Below are positions 9,151 through 17,788 of a DNA stretch of 32,000 bases, in pieces (positions within the stretch are counted from its first letter, which is position 1; the number at the start of each line of letters is the position of its first letter). The notes below the pieces were generated by a model, which was not told where the DNA came from, made no database searches, and saw nothing but the letters and a program-made list of their open reading frames with translations. The DNA is taken from contig NZ_CP010048.1 of assembly GCF_000973505.1 (NCBI RefSeq), forward strand, positions 210,001 through 242,000, given 5' to 3'. The position numbers and the translations under genes are program-made. This stretch comes from Candidatus Saccharimonadota bacterium. GTDB lineage: Bacteria > Pseudomonadota > Gammaproteobacteria > Enterobacterales > Enterobacteriaceae.

Positions 9151-10518
9151 ATGTTTGAAAGTTTATCTAATCGTTTATCAAAAATAATTCATAATATTAA
9201 TACACGCGGTGTATTAACAGAAGACAGCCTTCAGAAGGTATTAAGTGAAGTGCGAATAGCTTTGTTAGAAGCAGATGTTACGTTACCGGTAGTACGTACT
9301 TTTATGGATAATGTTAAAGCACAGGCAATTGGTAGTGTGATACGAAAAGGATTGACTCCTTCTCAAGAGTTTGTTAGGATTGTCCATGGTGCATTAGTGC
9401 AATCTATGGGTGGTCAAGATTTATCTTTGAATTTGTCTAAAAATATTCCCTCTATATTATTAGTAGTTGGTTTTCAAGGAGCTGGAAAAACTACTACGTG
9501 TGCTAAAATTGCTAAATATTTGTCTGTAAAAGAAAAAAAGAAAGTTCTTTTGTCATCAGTAGATATTTATCGTCCATCGGGTATTAGGCAGTTAGAAATT
9601 TTGTCAAATATTGCTGGTATTGATTTTTTAAAGGTTGAAGATGATAAAAATGTAATTAATATGGCTTCTTACGTTTTGAGAAAAGCAAAATCAGGATGTT
9701 ATGATGTTGTGTTGATTGATACAGTTGGTTGTTTGTTAACTGATTTAGATCTTATTTCAGAGATTGTTGATCTTTCATCTTTCTTAGATCCCGCAGAGAT
9801 TTTGTTAGTGGTTGATGCTATGCTTGGACAAGAATCTGCAAAAATTGCTAGTTTTTTTAGTTCTAAATTGTCGTTAAGCGGAGTGGTTTTAACGAAAATT
9901 GATGGAGATTCTCGTGGTGGGGCAGCACTTTCTACATATCATACTATTAATAAGTCAATAAAATTTATTGGCACAGGGGAAAAAGTTAGTGATTTAGAGC
10001 CATTTTATGTGAATCGTATGGCAAGTCGTATTCTTGGTATGGGTGATGTTTTATCTTTAATTGAAGATATTGAACATAAGGTGGAAAGTGTTCATGTGAG
10101 GCATACTTTATCTAAATTAAATAAAGGGGGGGTTTTTGATTTATCTGATTTTTTAAATCATTTAAAACAAATGCGTGATTTGGGAGGTGTTGATCAAATA
10201 TTGAGTAAGTTACCTATCATGGGTAGTGTTTCGGATACTGTAAAATCAAAGATTGATGATAAGATATTGATGAACATGGAGGTTATTATTAGTTCAATGA
10301 CAATAGAAGAGCGAAAATATCCTAACATTATTGATGGTTCACGAAAACGGCGTATTGCGTCTGGATCTGGTGTTTCAGTTCAGTCGGTCAATGTATTGTT
10401 GAAGCGTTTTGGAGAAGTAAAATCTGTTATGTCGAAAATTAGTAAAAATGGGTTATCAAAAGTTTTAGATGTTGTGAAAAATAAATTATCTTCGGGGTTT
10501 TTCCAAAATAAAGTTTAA
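9151..10518 (+). CDS. ffh: Signal recognition particle protein Ffh (SRP54 homologue)
   Basis: 455 aa from the ATG at 9151 (MFESLSNRLSKI... vs E. coli MFDNLTDRLSRT...). G-domain motifs GFQGAGKTTTCAKIA, DTVG, TKIDGDSRGGAALS. M domain ...GSRKRRIASGSGVSVQSVN.LLK.F. The 12-codon extension of the track ORF has no homology. Confidence 0.96.
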   Translation: MFESLSNRLSKIIHNINTRGVLTEDSLQKVLSEVRIALLEADVTLPVVRTFMDNVKAQAIGSVIRKGLTPSQEFVRIVHGALVQSMGGQDLSLNLSKNIPSILLVVGFQGAGKTTTCAKIAKYLSVKEKKKVLLSSVDIYRPSGIRQLEILSNIAGIDFLKVEDDKNVINMASYVLRKAKSGCYDVVLIDTVGCLLTDLDLISEIVDLSSFLDPAEILLVVDAMLGQESAKIASFFSSKLSLSGVVLTKIDGDSRGGAALSTYHTINKSIKFIGTGEKVSDLEPFYVNRMASRILGMGDVLSLIEDIEHKVESVHVRHTLSKLNKGGVFDLSDFLNHLKQMRDLGGVDQILSKLPIMGSVSDTVKSKIDDKILMNMEVIISSMTIEERKYPNIIDGSRKRRIASGSGVSVQSVNVLLKRFGEVKSVMSKISKNGLSKVLDVVKNKLSSGFFQNKV

Positions 10519-10542
10519 TATTTATTGAGTTTAGACAATATG

Positions 10543-10581
10543 TTAATGATATTATATAAAAAATATCATTAAAGTGTTTTT
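10543..10581 (+). terminator. Candidate intrinsic terminator after ffh: 11-bp perfect inverted repeat followed by a T-run
   Basis: TTAATGATATT (10543-10553) pairs with AATATCATTAA (10562-10572), 8-nt loop, then AGTGTTTTT. It starts 25 nt after the ffh stop. The stem has only one G:C pair, so stability is low. Confidence 0.3.
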
Positions 10582-10650
10582 GAATTGAATTCGTAATATT
10601 AATTTAATATAGTTTGGTTTGTAAGTGTCATTGTGAGTAGGAGCGAGTGT

Positions 10651-10914
10651 ATGGTAAGAATTCGTTTATCGCGGGGTGGAACAAAAAATAGACCGTTTTA
10701 TCGTGTTGTGGTTACTGATAGTCGTAGTTCTCGTGATGGTAGATTTATTGAAAGAGTTGGTTTTTTTGATTCGATTGATAACAAATGTTATATTCGTCAA
10801 GGTATAACTTTAAATTTAGATAGAATTTATTATTGGATGAAACAAGGCGCAGTTGCTTCTGATCGTGTATGTAGTTTGATTAAGAACTATAAAAAGCAAA
10901 AAATTATATCATGA
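10651..10914 (+). CDS. rpsP: 30S ribosomal protein S16
   Basis: [39 protein letters not shown]... matches E. coli S16. AGGAG at 10639-10643. The track ORF starts 6 codons earlier at a GTG with no homology. Confidence 0.95.
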   Translation: MVRIRLSRGGTKNRPFYRVVVTDSRSSRDGRFIERVGFFDSIDNKCYIRQGITLNLDRIYYWMKQGAVASDRVCSLIKNYKKQKIIS

Positions 10915-10992
10915 TTTTTATTATATGTGTTGTGTTTATAGTTTTTTATGTGTAGAAATATTTTTGTTATTATTGATTTTGTATTATTAGAG

Positions 10993-11568
10993 ATGAGTAT
11001 AGATAAGAAAAAATTAAATGCGTTGTTTTCTAGTGATATACCTATTAATTTTGATCCTATTATTATAGGTCAAATACGTTCAGCATATGGTATTTTTGGA
11101 TGGTTAAAAATTATTTCTTTTTCTGAAAAATTTAATCAGATTATGAGTTACAAACCTTGGTTTGTACAGTTATTTTTGTGTTGGTATAGTGTATACGTGG
11201 AATATTGGAAAAATCATGGTAGTGACTGTCAGTTTATTGTTAAAATTAAACAAGTATCTAATCGAGAGATGGCTCAAATATTTAATAATCACAAAATCTA
11301 TATTGATGTGTCACAATTACCTTTACTTAGTTGTGGTGAGTATTATTGGAAAAATATAATTAAATGCCAGGTTATTAGTGTTTCTGGTTACAATTTTGGG
11401 GTAGTTACTGATTTAATTTCAACTGGTTCTAATGATGTGTTAGTTGTTAAAACACAACGAGTGTCGATTTCTAGTCGTGTTGTTTTGATTCCTTTTCTTA
11501 CAACAGTGGTAAAATATGTTGATTTTTTAAATCGTGTTATTTATGTGAAATGGAGTATAGAGTTTTGA
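10993..11568 (+). CDS. rimM: 16S rRNA processing protein RimM
   Basis: 191 aa from the ATG at 10993. ...DPIIIGQIRSAYGIFGWLKI.SF......I..YKPWF.Q....W........W........I.K........R..A......I.I...QLP.L..GEYYWK....C.V......G.V.D...TGSNDVLVVK is collinear with E. coli RimM. rpsP-rimM-trmD-rplS operon context. Confidence 0.9.
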   Translation: MSIDKKKLNALFSSDIPINFDPIIIGQIRSAYGIFGWLKIISFSEKFNQIMSYKPWFVQLFLCWYSVYVEYWKNHGSDCQFIVKIKQVSNREMAQIFNNHKIYIDVSQLPLLSCGEYYWKNIIKCQVISVSGYNFGVVTDLISTGSNDVLVVKTQRVSISSRVVLIPFLTTVVKYVDFLNRVIYVKWSIEF

Positions 11569-11602
11569 TTTTATTTTTATAAGATGATTAGGTATATATT
11601 AA

Positions 11603-12379
11603 ATGTGGATTGCTGTGATAACTTTATTTCCAAAAATGTTTCGTGCTATTACTGATTATGGTATAGTGGGACGTGCGATAAAAAGGGGTTTATTATCGAT
11701 AAAATTTTGGAATCCTCGCGAGTTTTCGAGTGCTCGATATGGTCGAGTAGATGATTATTTATATGGCGGTGGATCAGGTATGTTAATGATGGTTCAGCCA
11801 TTAAGGGACGCAATTTCTTGTGCGAAAAGTGACGGAGGAACAGATAATATAAAGGTTATTTATCTTTCTCCTCAAGGAAAAAAGTTAGATCAAAATGGAG
11901 TGTATGAGTTTCTTCATGCTTCAAAATTAATTTTGGTGTGTGGACGTTATAAAGGTATCGATGAACGTTTGATACGTTTAGAAATTGATGAAGAATGGTC
12001 GATTGGTGATTATGTTTTAAGTGGTGGTGAATTAGCTGCAATGGTATTAATTGATGCGGTTTCTCGTTTTATTCCAGGAGTTTTAAATCAGATAGTATCT
12101 GCAGAAGAAGATACTTTTTGTTGTAATAATTCAATGGGTATATTGTCACCCCCCCATTACACGCGGCCTTCTATTTTTGAAGGTATATCTGTCCCACGTG
12201 TGTTATTATCGGGAGATCATGATAAAATTTGTCAATGGCGTTTAAAACAATCTCTTGGTTGGACATGGGTCAAAAGACCCGAGTTATTAAAAAGCATTGT
12301 ATTATCGCCTGAAGCTAAGAGATTGCTGTTTGAGTTTAAATATGAATTTTTTATGAGATTAATAAATGAGTTACATTAA
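11603..12379 (+). CDS. trmD: tRNA (guanine37-N1)-methyltransferase TrmD
   Basis: 258 aa. [37 protein letters not shown].......[20 protein letters not shown]...K......[17 protein letters not shown]......[15 protein letters not shown]...[33 protein letters not shown] matches E. coli TrmD. Confidence 0.97.
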   Translation: MWIAVITLFPKMFRAITDYGIVGRAIKRGLLSIKFWNPREFSSARYGRVDDYLYGGGSGMLMMVQPLRDAISCAKSDGGTDNIKVIYLSPQGKKLDQNGVYEFLHASKLILVCGRYKGIDERLIRLEIDEEWSIGDYVLSGGELAAMVLIDAVSRFIPGVLNQIVSAEEDTFCCNNSMGILSPPHYTRPSIFEGISVPRVLLSGDHDKICQWRLKQSLGWTWVKRPELLKSIVLSPEAKRLLFEFKYEFFMRLINELH

Positions 12380-12402
12380 ATATGTATTTTTATATGAAAG
12401 TA

Positions 12403-12444
12403 TGTTAGCATTATTATAATATTTATTGATGCTAACAGATTTTT
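12403..12444 (+). promoter_or_regulatory. Stem-loop in the trmD-rplS spacer: 9-bp perfect inverted repeat TGTTAGCAT / ATGCTAACA, then GATTTT
   Basis: 12403-12411 pairs perfectly with 12429-12437 (3 G:C pairs), with a 17-nt A/T loop. T-run at 12440-12444. It lies 24 nt after the trmD stop and 27 nt before the rplS ATG. Confidence 0.3.
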
Positions 12445-12470
12445 ACAGGATATAGAAGTGATAATATATT

Positions 12471-12821
12471 ATGAACAGTAATATTATTAAAATGTTTGAA
12501 GTGCAACAAGTGCAGAAAAAATTTTTATCTTTTCGTTCTGGGGATTTTGTTATTGTTAAGATATGGATTATAGAGGGAAATAAAAAGCGTTTACAGATAT
12601 TTGATGGTGTGGTTATTTCTATACGAAAATCTGGATTAAATAGTACTTTTACAGTTAGAAAAATTTCTCATGGGGAAGGTGTTGAGCGTGTATTTCATCT
12701 TCATTCTCCTGTTATTGAGGAGATTGTGGTCAAACGTTATGGTAAGGTTCGTCAAGCTAAATTATATTATTTACGTTTTTGCACGGGAAAGAATGCAAGG
12801 ATTCGGGAACGTCTCGTTTAG
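12471..12821 (+). CDS. rplS: 50S ribosomal protein L19
   Basis: 116 aa. ...[82 protein letters not shown]...GK.ARI.ERL matches E. coli L19. Confidence 0.97.
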   Translation: MNSNIIKMFEVQQVQKKFLSFRSGDFVIVKIWIIEGNKKRLQIFDGVVISIRKSGLNSTFTVRKISHGEGVERVFHLHSPVIEEIVVKRYGKVRQAKLYYLRFCTGKNARIRERLV

Positions 12822-13237
12822 CCGGAGGTTTTGATGTCTTTTTAATGTAATTGATTTTTTTAAATTGTTTTAGTTAATAATTGGTAAGTTTTTTTGAATA
12901 TATTGTGTTATTTAGTTTGGTGGTAGTTTGGTTTGTATGATTTTATTTTGTTATTGATCTGTTGATTGTTTAATTTCATGATTATTTCAAGATAATTTGT
13001 AATGTATGCAATATATTTATGTTTTGATAATGTAGTTAATAGCATGATCTTGCATGTTTAATTTTTCTTCATTAAATTATTTCTTGATTAAAATAAGTGC
13101 ATGTGTGTTATTTATTAGTGGTTTTTTATATAACATTAATATAATATATATTGCATATATCATTTCATATACTTTAATTTAGTATAAAGTTTTCGTTTAT
13201 GATTTTAATGTGAATTATTTTAATTAAGGTTGATGTT

Positions 13238-14305
13238 ATGCTAAATTGCAAAAATAATTTTAAAACTAATAGTGAATTATGTATTATTACGCCAGAACAG
13301 TTAAAGAGGCAATTTTTTTTAAAATCGAATTATCGTGAAATGATTTCCTGTTCCAGACAGGTAATTTCTGATATCATACACAGATTAGATTCACGATTTT
13401 TAGTAATTTGTGGTCCTTGTTCTATTCATGATGTAAATTCTGCTATTGATTATGCTAAACGTTTAAAACAATTATCTGACGAATTGTGCGGACAATTGTA
13501 TATTGTTATGCGTGTATATTTAGAAAAACCGCGTACGAGTATTGGTTGGAAAGGTATAATTAACGATCCGTATATGGATGGATCATGTAATATAGAATCT
13601 GGATTAAAAGTTGCTCGTTCATTATTATTGGAATTAATTGATATTGGTGTACCTTTAGCAACTGAAGCTCTAGATCCCAATATTTCTCAGTACCTTAACG
13701 ATTGTTTTAGTTGGTCAGCTATTGGAGCGCGTACTAGTGAATCTCAAGTACATCGTGAAATGGCTTCTGGGTTATGTATGCCAGTAGGATTCAAAAATAG
13801 TACTAACGGTAGTTTAGAGATGGCAATTAATGCCATACATTCTGTGTCTATTGCTCATTCATTTATTGGTATCAGTCAATCTGGACATGTTGCTCTATTG
13901 CGTACCACAGGTAATTCTAATTCTCATATTATTTTACGTGGCGGTAAGCATCCGAATTATTATCCTGAAGATATTTTATATTGTGAAAAAATGATGTTTC
14001 AGGCGGGTTTACCTGCTGCATTAATGATTGATTGCAGTCATGGTAATTCTAATAAAGAATATAATCGTCAATTAGACGTTGCAGAGTCTGTATTGTCGCA
14101 GATTAAGTCAGGAAATCGTTCTATTTTTGGATTAATGCTTGAAAGTCATATTTATTCTGGCAATCAATCTGTAACATTGCCAGTTAATAATATGCGGTAT
14201 GGTGTTTCAGTTACTGATCCTTGTATTGATTGGGATAGCACCAAAAAACTTTTACGTCATTTATGTTTTCAATTTAAACAATTTTCTTCTTCTCGATTAT
14301 TATAG
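13238..14305 (+). CDS. aroF: 3-deoxy-7-phosphoheptulonate (DAHP) synthase, class I; AroF-type by sequence signature and synteny
   Basis: 355 aa. [54 protein letters not shown] and [20 protein letters not shown] match E. coli AroF ([25 protein letters not shown]; [20 protein letters not shown]) better than AroG or AroH. It is followed by tyrA, as in the E. coli aroF-tyrA operon. Confidence 0.9.
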   Translation: MLNCKNNFKTNSELCIITPEQLKRQFFLKSNYREMISCSRQVISDIIHRLDSRFLVICGPCSIHDVNSAIDYAKRLKQLSDELCGQLYIVMRVYLEKPRTSIGWKGIINDPYMDGSCNIESGLKVARSLLLELIDIGVPLATEALDPNISQYLNDCFSWSAIGARTSESQVHREMASGLCMPVGFKNSTNGSLEMAINAIHSVSIAHSFIGISQSGHVALLRTTGNSNSHIILRGGKHPNYYPEDILYCEKMMFQAGLPAALMIDCSHGNSNKEYNRQLDVAESVLSQIKSGNRSIFGLMLESHIYSGNQSVTLPVNNMRYGVSVTDPCIDWDSTKKLLRHLCFQFKQFSSSRLL

Positions 14306-14321
14306 AGGTATTTTGAAAAAT

Positions 14322-15443
14322 ATGATAGAAGAATTGAATATTTTGAGAAATAAGATAGATAAGGTTGACAAATCTTTATTGAAATTATTATCTAAGCGTC
14401 TTGCGTTGGTTTCTCAAGTTGGTGAAGTCAAAAGCAGGCATGGATTGTTTATTTATGCGCCTGAAAGGGAAAAGATCATGTTAGATTCTCGTCGTCGAGA
14501 TGCTATTAAATTGGGGGTATCTCCTGATTTAATTGAAGATATTATTCGGCGAATAATACGTGAGTCTTATTCTAATGAGAAAAAAAAGGGGTTTAAGACT
14601 TTATGTCCTGGATTGCGTCCAGTAGTTATTGTTGGTGGTTGTGGTCAAATGGGTCGTTTATTTTATAGAATGTTTATTCTATCCGGTTATCAAGTGCGTA
14701 TTTTAGAGAAAGAGGATTGGATTCGTGCAAAGACAATATTATCGGATGCAGGAATGGTGTTAATTAGTGTACCAATTCATACTACAGTAGAGGTAATTAA
14801 AAAATTACCACCTTTATTGCATGATTGTATTTTGGTTGATGTGGCATCAATCAAACATGATTCATTGCAGGCTATGTTATTAGTTCATAATGGTCCAGTA
14901 TTAGGACTGCATCCAATGTTTCATCCGGATACTGATAGTATGGTTAAACAAGTGATTGTTTGTTGTGACGGTCGTTATCCTGAGTCATATCAATGGTTAT
15001 TACAACAAATTAAAGTTTGGGGAGCACAATTGTATCATATTAATGCATTAGATCATGACAAAAATATGTTATTTATTCAATCTTTATGTCATTTTATCAC
15101 ATTTGTATATGGCATGTGTTTGTTTGAAGAGAATGTTAATTTAAATGAAATAGAGTCTTTATCATCGCCAATTTTTCGTTTAAAGTTAATGATGGTAGGG
15201 AGGTTGTTTGCTCAAGATCCTTCCCTGTATGCTGATATTATTATGTCTTCGAAAGATAGTATATTATTAATCAAGCGTTGTTATTCATATTTTAGTAAAT
15301 TACTTGTATTGATTGAGAAAGGTGATAAGCAGGAATTTCTTGATTTTTTTAGAAAAATAAAATGTTGGTTTGGACTGTATTCTGAACGTTTATTATTAGA
15401 AAGCCGTGTTTTGTTGCGTCAAATAAATGATAATCGTAAATAA
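14322..15443 (+). CDS. tyrA: Bifunctional chorismate mutase / prephenate dehydrogenase (T-protein)
   Basis: 373 aa from the ATG at 14322. [53 protein letters not shown].....[42 protein letters not shown]... is collinear with E. coli TyrA to the C-terminal [12 protein letters not shown]. The track ORF start at 14199 overlaps aroF and has no homology. Confidence 0.96.
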   Translation: MIEELNILRNKIDKVDKSLLKLLSKRLALVSQVGEVKSRHGLFIYAPEREKIMLDSRRRDAIKLGVSPDLIEDIIRRIIRESYSNEKKKGFKTLCPGLRPVVIVGGCGQMGRLFYRMFILSGYQVRILEKEDWIRAKTILSDAGMVLISVPIHTTVEVIKKLPPLLHDCILVDVASIKHDSLQAMLLVHNGPVLGLHPMFHPDTDSMVKQVIVCCDGRYPESYQWLLQQIKVWGAQLYHINALDHDKNMLFIQSLCHFITFVYGMCLFEENVNLNEIESLSSPIFRLKLMMVGRLFAQDPSLYADIIMSSKDSILLIKRCYSYFSKLLVLIEKGDKQEFLDFFRKIKCWFGLYSERLLLESRVLLRQINDNRK

Positions 15444-15603
15444 ATTTTAGATAATACTTAGTTATCATAATTTATGATTTGTTGATATAGTGTTTTTGTT
15501 TCTGTAGTTATCGTGTATACATTTTAAAAATGTGTTATTTTACTTGTTATATTTTATTATGTGGATTATATCGTCATATATATGTAATTATATGTAATAT
15601 GAC

Positions 15604-16461
15604 TTATTCTTGAATTGAAATAGGGTAACAACCTAGTATTTTTAAGGAATGTGTGATATTTCGTAATTTTTTTACAGCCTCTTGTACGTATTGTTGGTAT
15701 AAATTAGCTTGCATGTCAATAAATATTTTTTGTTCATTTGTGTTATTTTTTATTGATTGAGGTTTAATGTGATGTATTTTAATATTGTATTGATTTAGTA
15801 TGTGTGATATTTCTTCGATGGAAATGTTAGATGGATGATCAGTGGATAGAATAAGTGTAGTTTTAGCAGGTGTGTTTTTGTTTATTGTGATTTTTTTATT
15901 TCCTAGTATTATGAATCGTGTAGTATTATTTTTTTTATTAGCGATGTTTTTTTTTATAACTTGTAATCCATATAAATATTTTCCGCTATTTTCATTACCT
16001 AATGCGGCAAAGCTCGGGTTTTTGAGTTTAGATACTTTTTCCATTGCATCAGCGCTACTCTTGCAGAATATAAAATCTAATTTTGGAAAATTTTTAAAAA
16101 ATTCATTACATTGTTGAAATGGTTCAGGGTGACTATAAATTTTTTTTATTTCTTTAAAAGAAGCGTTTGGTATAGTTAATATGCAGTGTATTATTGGTAT
16201 ATGAATTTCACCTATTAGAAATAAAATAGTGTTTTGTAATAAGTTATATACTTCATGAATTGCACCTGACGTTGAGTTTTCAATAGGTAAAATTCCGTAT
16301 TTTGCTTGTTTAGTTGTTACTAATTTAATTATGTCACTGAAATTTTGGCAGCTATACTCCCCGATATTATTTAGTTGACGTGTATTTGCATATTGTTCTG
16401 ATGCAATGTGGGAGTATGATCCTTGTGGTCCTAGAAATGCTATGTTTTCTGTATGCTTCAT
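15604..16461 (-). CDS. pheA: Prephenate dehydratase with C-terminal ACT domain; the N-terminal chorismate mutase domain of the canonical P-protein is absent
   Basis: 285 aa. MKHTENIAFLGPQGSYSH... aligns with E. coli PheA from about residue 100 (RIAFLGPKGSYSH). Also present: IENSTSGAI..VY.LL, YSHP.PFQQC..F, TRF motif (NTTRFIILG), C-terminal ...LKILGCYP. An in-frame TAA lies 9 codons upstream of the ATG. Confidence 0.92.
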   Translation of the reverse strand: MKHTENIAFLGPQGSYSHIASEQYANTRQLNNIGEYSCQNFSDIIKLVTTKQAKYGILPIENSTSGAIHEVYNLLQNTILFLIGEIHIPIIHCILTIPNASFKEIKKIYSHPEPFQQCNEFFKNFPKLDFIFCKSSADAMEKVSKLKNPSFAALGNENSGKYLYGLQVIKKNIANKKNNTTRFIILGNKKITINKNTPAKTTLILSTDHPSNISIEEISHILNQYNIKIHHIKPQSIKNNTNEQKIFIDMQANLYQQYVQEAVKKLRNITHSLKILGCYPISIQE

Positions 16462-16662
16462 GGTTGTTTGAGTTTTTTTAAGTTTTTATTGTGTTTTTTG
16501 ATAATTTATTTTATTTTTCAAGATGGATAATTGGATAATAACTGTATATTTTTTTAGTATGTAAAAAATTAATTAATGTTATTTTTACGAGTTTTATATA
16601 TCATATTGTGATATTTTGATGTTATTTTATATGTTTTATTAAAAAATTAAAAGATTATAAGT

Positions 16663-16697
16663 TTATTATATTAGTAGTTGTTATTATATTAGTAGTT
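16663..16697. repeat. Tandem direct repeat: TTATTATATTAGTAGTT x2 (17-bp perfect copies, period 18)
   Basis: Copies at 16663-16679 and 16681-16697, read directly. They lie in the pheA-bamD spacer. Confidence 0.9.
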
Positions 16698-16710
16698 ATA
16701 TTTTATATGT

Positions 16711-16738
16711 AGTAGTGATGTTATAGTAGTGATGTTAT
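16711..16738. repeat. Perfect tandem duplication AGTAGTGATGTTAT x2 (14 bp)
   Basis: Copies at 16711-16724 and 16725-16738, read directly. They lie in the pheA-bamD spacer. Confidence 0.9.
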
Positions 16739-16872
16739 CACGGAATATTATGTTTTGTGATTTTAATGTTTTGTGGTCATTGAGTGTTTAAATAGATGGT
16801 TAATATTTTGTGATCTAAAGTTAAATTTGTATTTAAGTTGCAAGTTATTTTATTGTAGTAGATGTTTATATA

Positions 16873-17646
16873 TTATGTTTGTTTTAATGTATTAATTATT
16901 TTGTTTTTGTTAAAAATGATTATTTTCATAACTTGGTTTGTTTGATGGGTAAGATGTAATTTTTGGTAGGCTGTATGCATATACCATAGTGCATGGTGTG
17001 CAGCTTTTGTATCTGAAAAATATCGGAGCATATCTTCAGTACGGTTGATAACCGTTATATAAGCTTGTTTTTTGTTGTAATATTTTATAATAGCTAATTC
17101 GTAGTCAGCAATACGGTTTTTTAGATAAATGAGTCGTTTGTATGCGTCTGGTGTGTATTGGCTGTTTGGGTATTGGTGTATTAGTTTTGAAAAATCATGA
17201 AATGCTTGACGAGCGTATATTGGGTTATATTTTGATTGCTGTTTTATAAAAGATAATTTGTGTATTGTATGATTATCAAGTTCCATGTTGATTAATCCGC
17301 TTATATAAATAGGGTAATCCAAGTTTGGATGATTAGGGTTTTGTTGTAAAAAGTCATTTATAGTTACATGTGCCAATGAAAAATCCATAGATTTGTAATA
17401 TGCATAAATTAAATCAAGATAAATTTGGTTACTGTATTGATTGAATGGGTATTTTTTATTTAGTGTTTCTAATTTTTTAATAGCGGTTTTATAATTTTTA
17501 TTTTTTAATTTACATTTTGCGGATAGATATTGTTTATGTAAATCATCATTTGTAGTATTGGTATGATTTTTACAGTGGCATAAAAATGGTGTGAAACACA
17601 TGATTATAATTAATATTGTTGATGTTGAATGTTTTGTATATATCAT
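16873..17646 (-). CDS. bamD: Outer membrane protein assembly factor BamD (YfiO), TPR lipoprotein
   Basis: 257 aa. ...A..KL....Y..AI..LE.L...YPF..YS.Q..LDLIYAYYK..D..LA...I..F...NP.HPN.DY..Y..GL.NM.LD......A...F.DFSKL...YPNSQYT.DA.KRL..LK.R.A.YE... is collinear with E. coli BamD. It is divergent from rluD as in E. coli. The signal peptide carries Cys residues (...PFLCHC). Confidence 0.92.
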   Translation of the reverse strand: MIYTKHSTSTILIIIMCFTPFLCHCKNHTNTTNDDLHKQYLSAKCKLKNKNYKTAIKKLETLNKKYPFNQYSNQIYLDLIYAYYKSMDFSLAHVTINDFLQQNPNHPNLDYPIYISGLINMELDNHTIHKLSFIKQQSKYNPIYARQAFHDFSKLIHQYPNSQYTPDAYKRLIYLKNRIADYELAIIKYYNKKQAYITVINRTEDMLRYFSDTKAAHHALWYMHTAYQKLHLTHQTNQVMKIIIFNKNKIINTLKQT

Positions 17647-17788
17647 GGATTGATGATTAATAGTATTTAATTATATTTTTGCACTAATAATTATGATTAG
17701 TGAATGAATTTCATGATATTTATTAGTTAAGTAGGGAATAATTTATTTTTTTATTAAAATCCCGCATTGTGCAACAAATAGCATTATA

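Noticed and set aside
14199-14321. N-terminal extensions offered by the ORF track. These are tyrA from 14199 (overlapping aroF), csrA from 8399, ffh from 9115, rpsP from 10633, rimM from 10948, murB from 21629, birA from 22822, rpsJ from 24994, rplC from 25389, rplP from 29283, rplN from 30290, rplX from 30781 and rplE from 31138.
   Set aside because: In every case homology to the E. coli protein begins at a downstream ATG, usually with a Shine-Dalgarno-like purine run upstream. The extension has no counterpart or overlaps the preceding gene.
16663-16738. Short direct repeats here and at 24925-24958, considered as a possible degenerate CRISPR array or mobile-element termini.
   Set aside because: There are only two immediately adjacent copies each, with no spacers, no cas genes, no transposase and no flanking inverted repeats. 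They are simple tandem duplications.
16462-16872. Possible raiA remnant in the pheA-bamD spacer. The minus strand reads ATGACCACAAAACATTAA... and, in another frame, ...IIFRDNITTITSLL, faintly reminiscent of RaiA MTMNITSKQ...AIRQHVADRL.
   Set aside because: The similarity is a handful of residues across different frames and is interrupted by the recent tandem duplications. It is not distinguishable from chance without a profile search.
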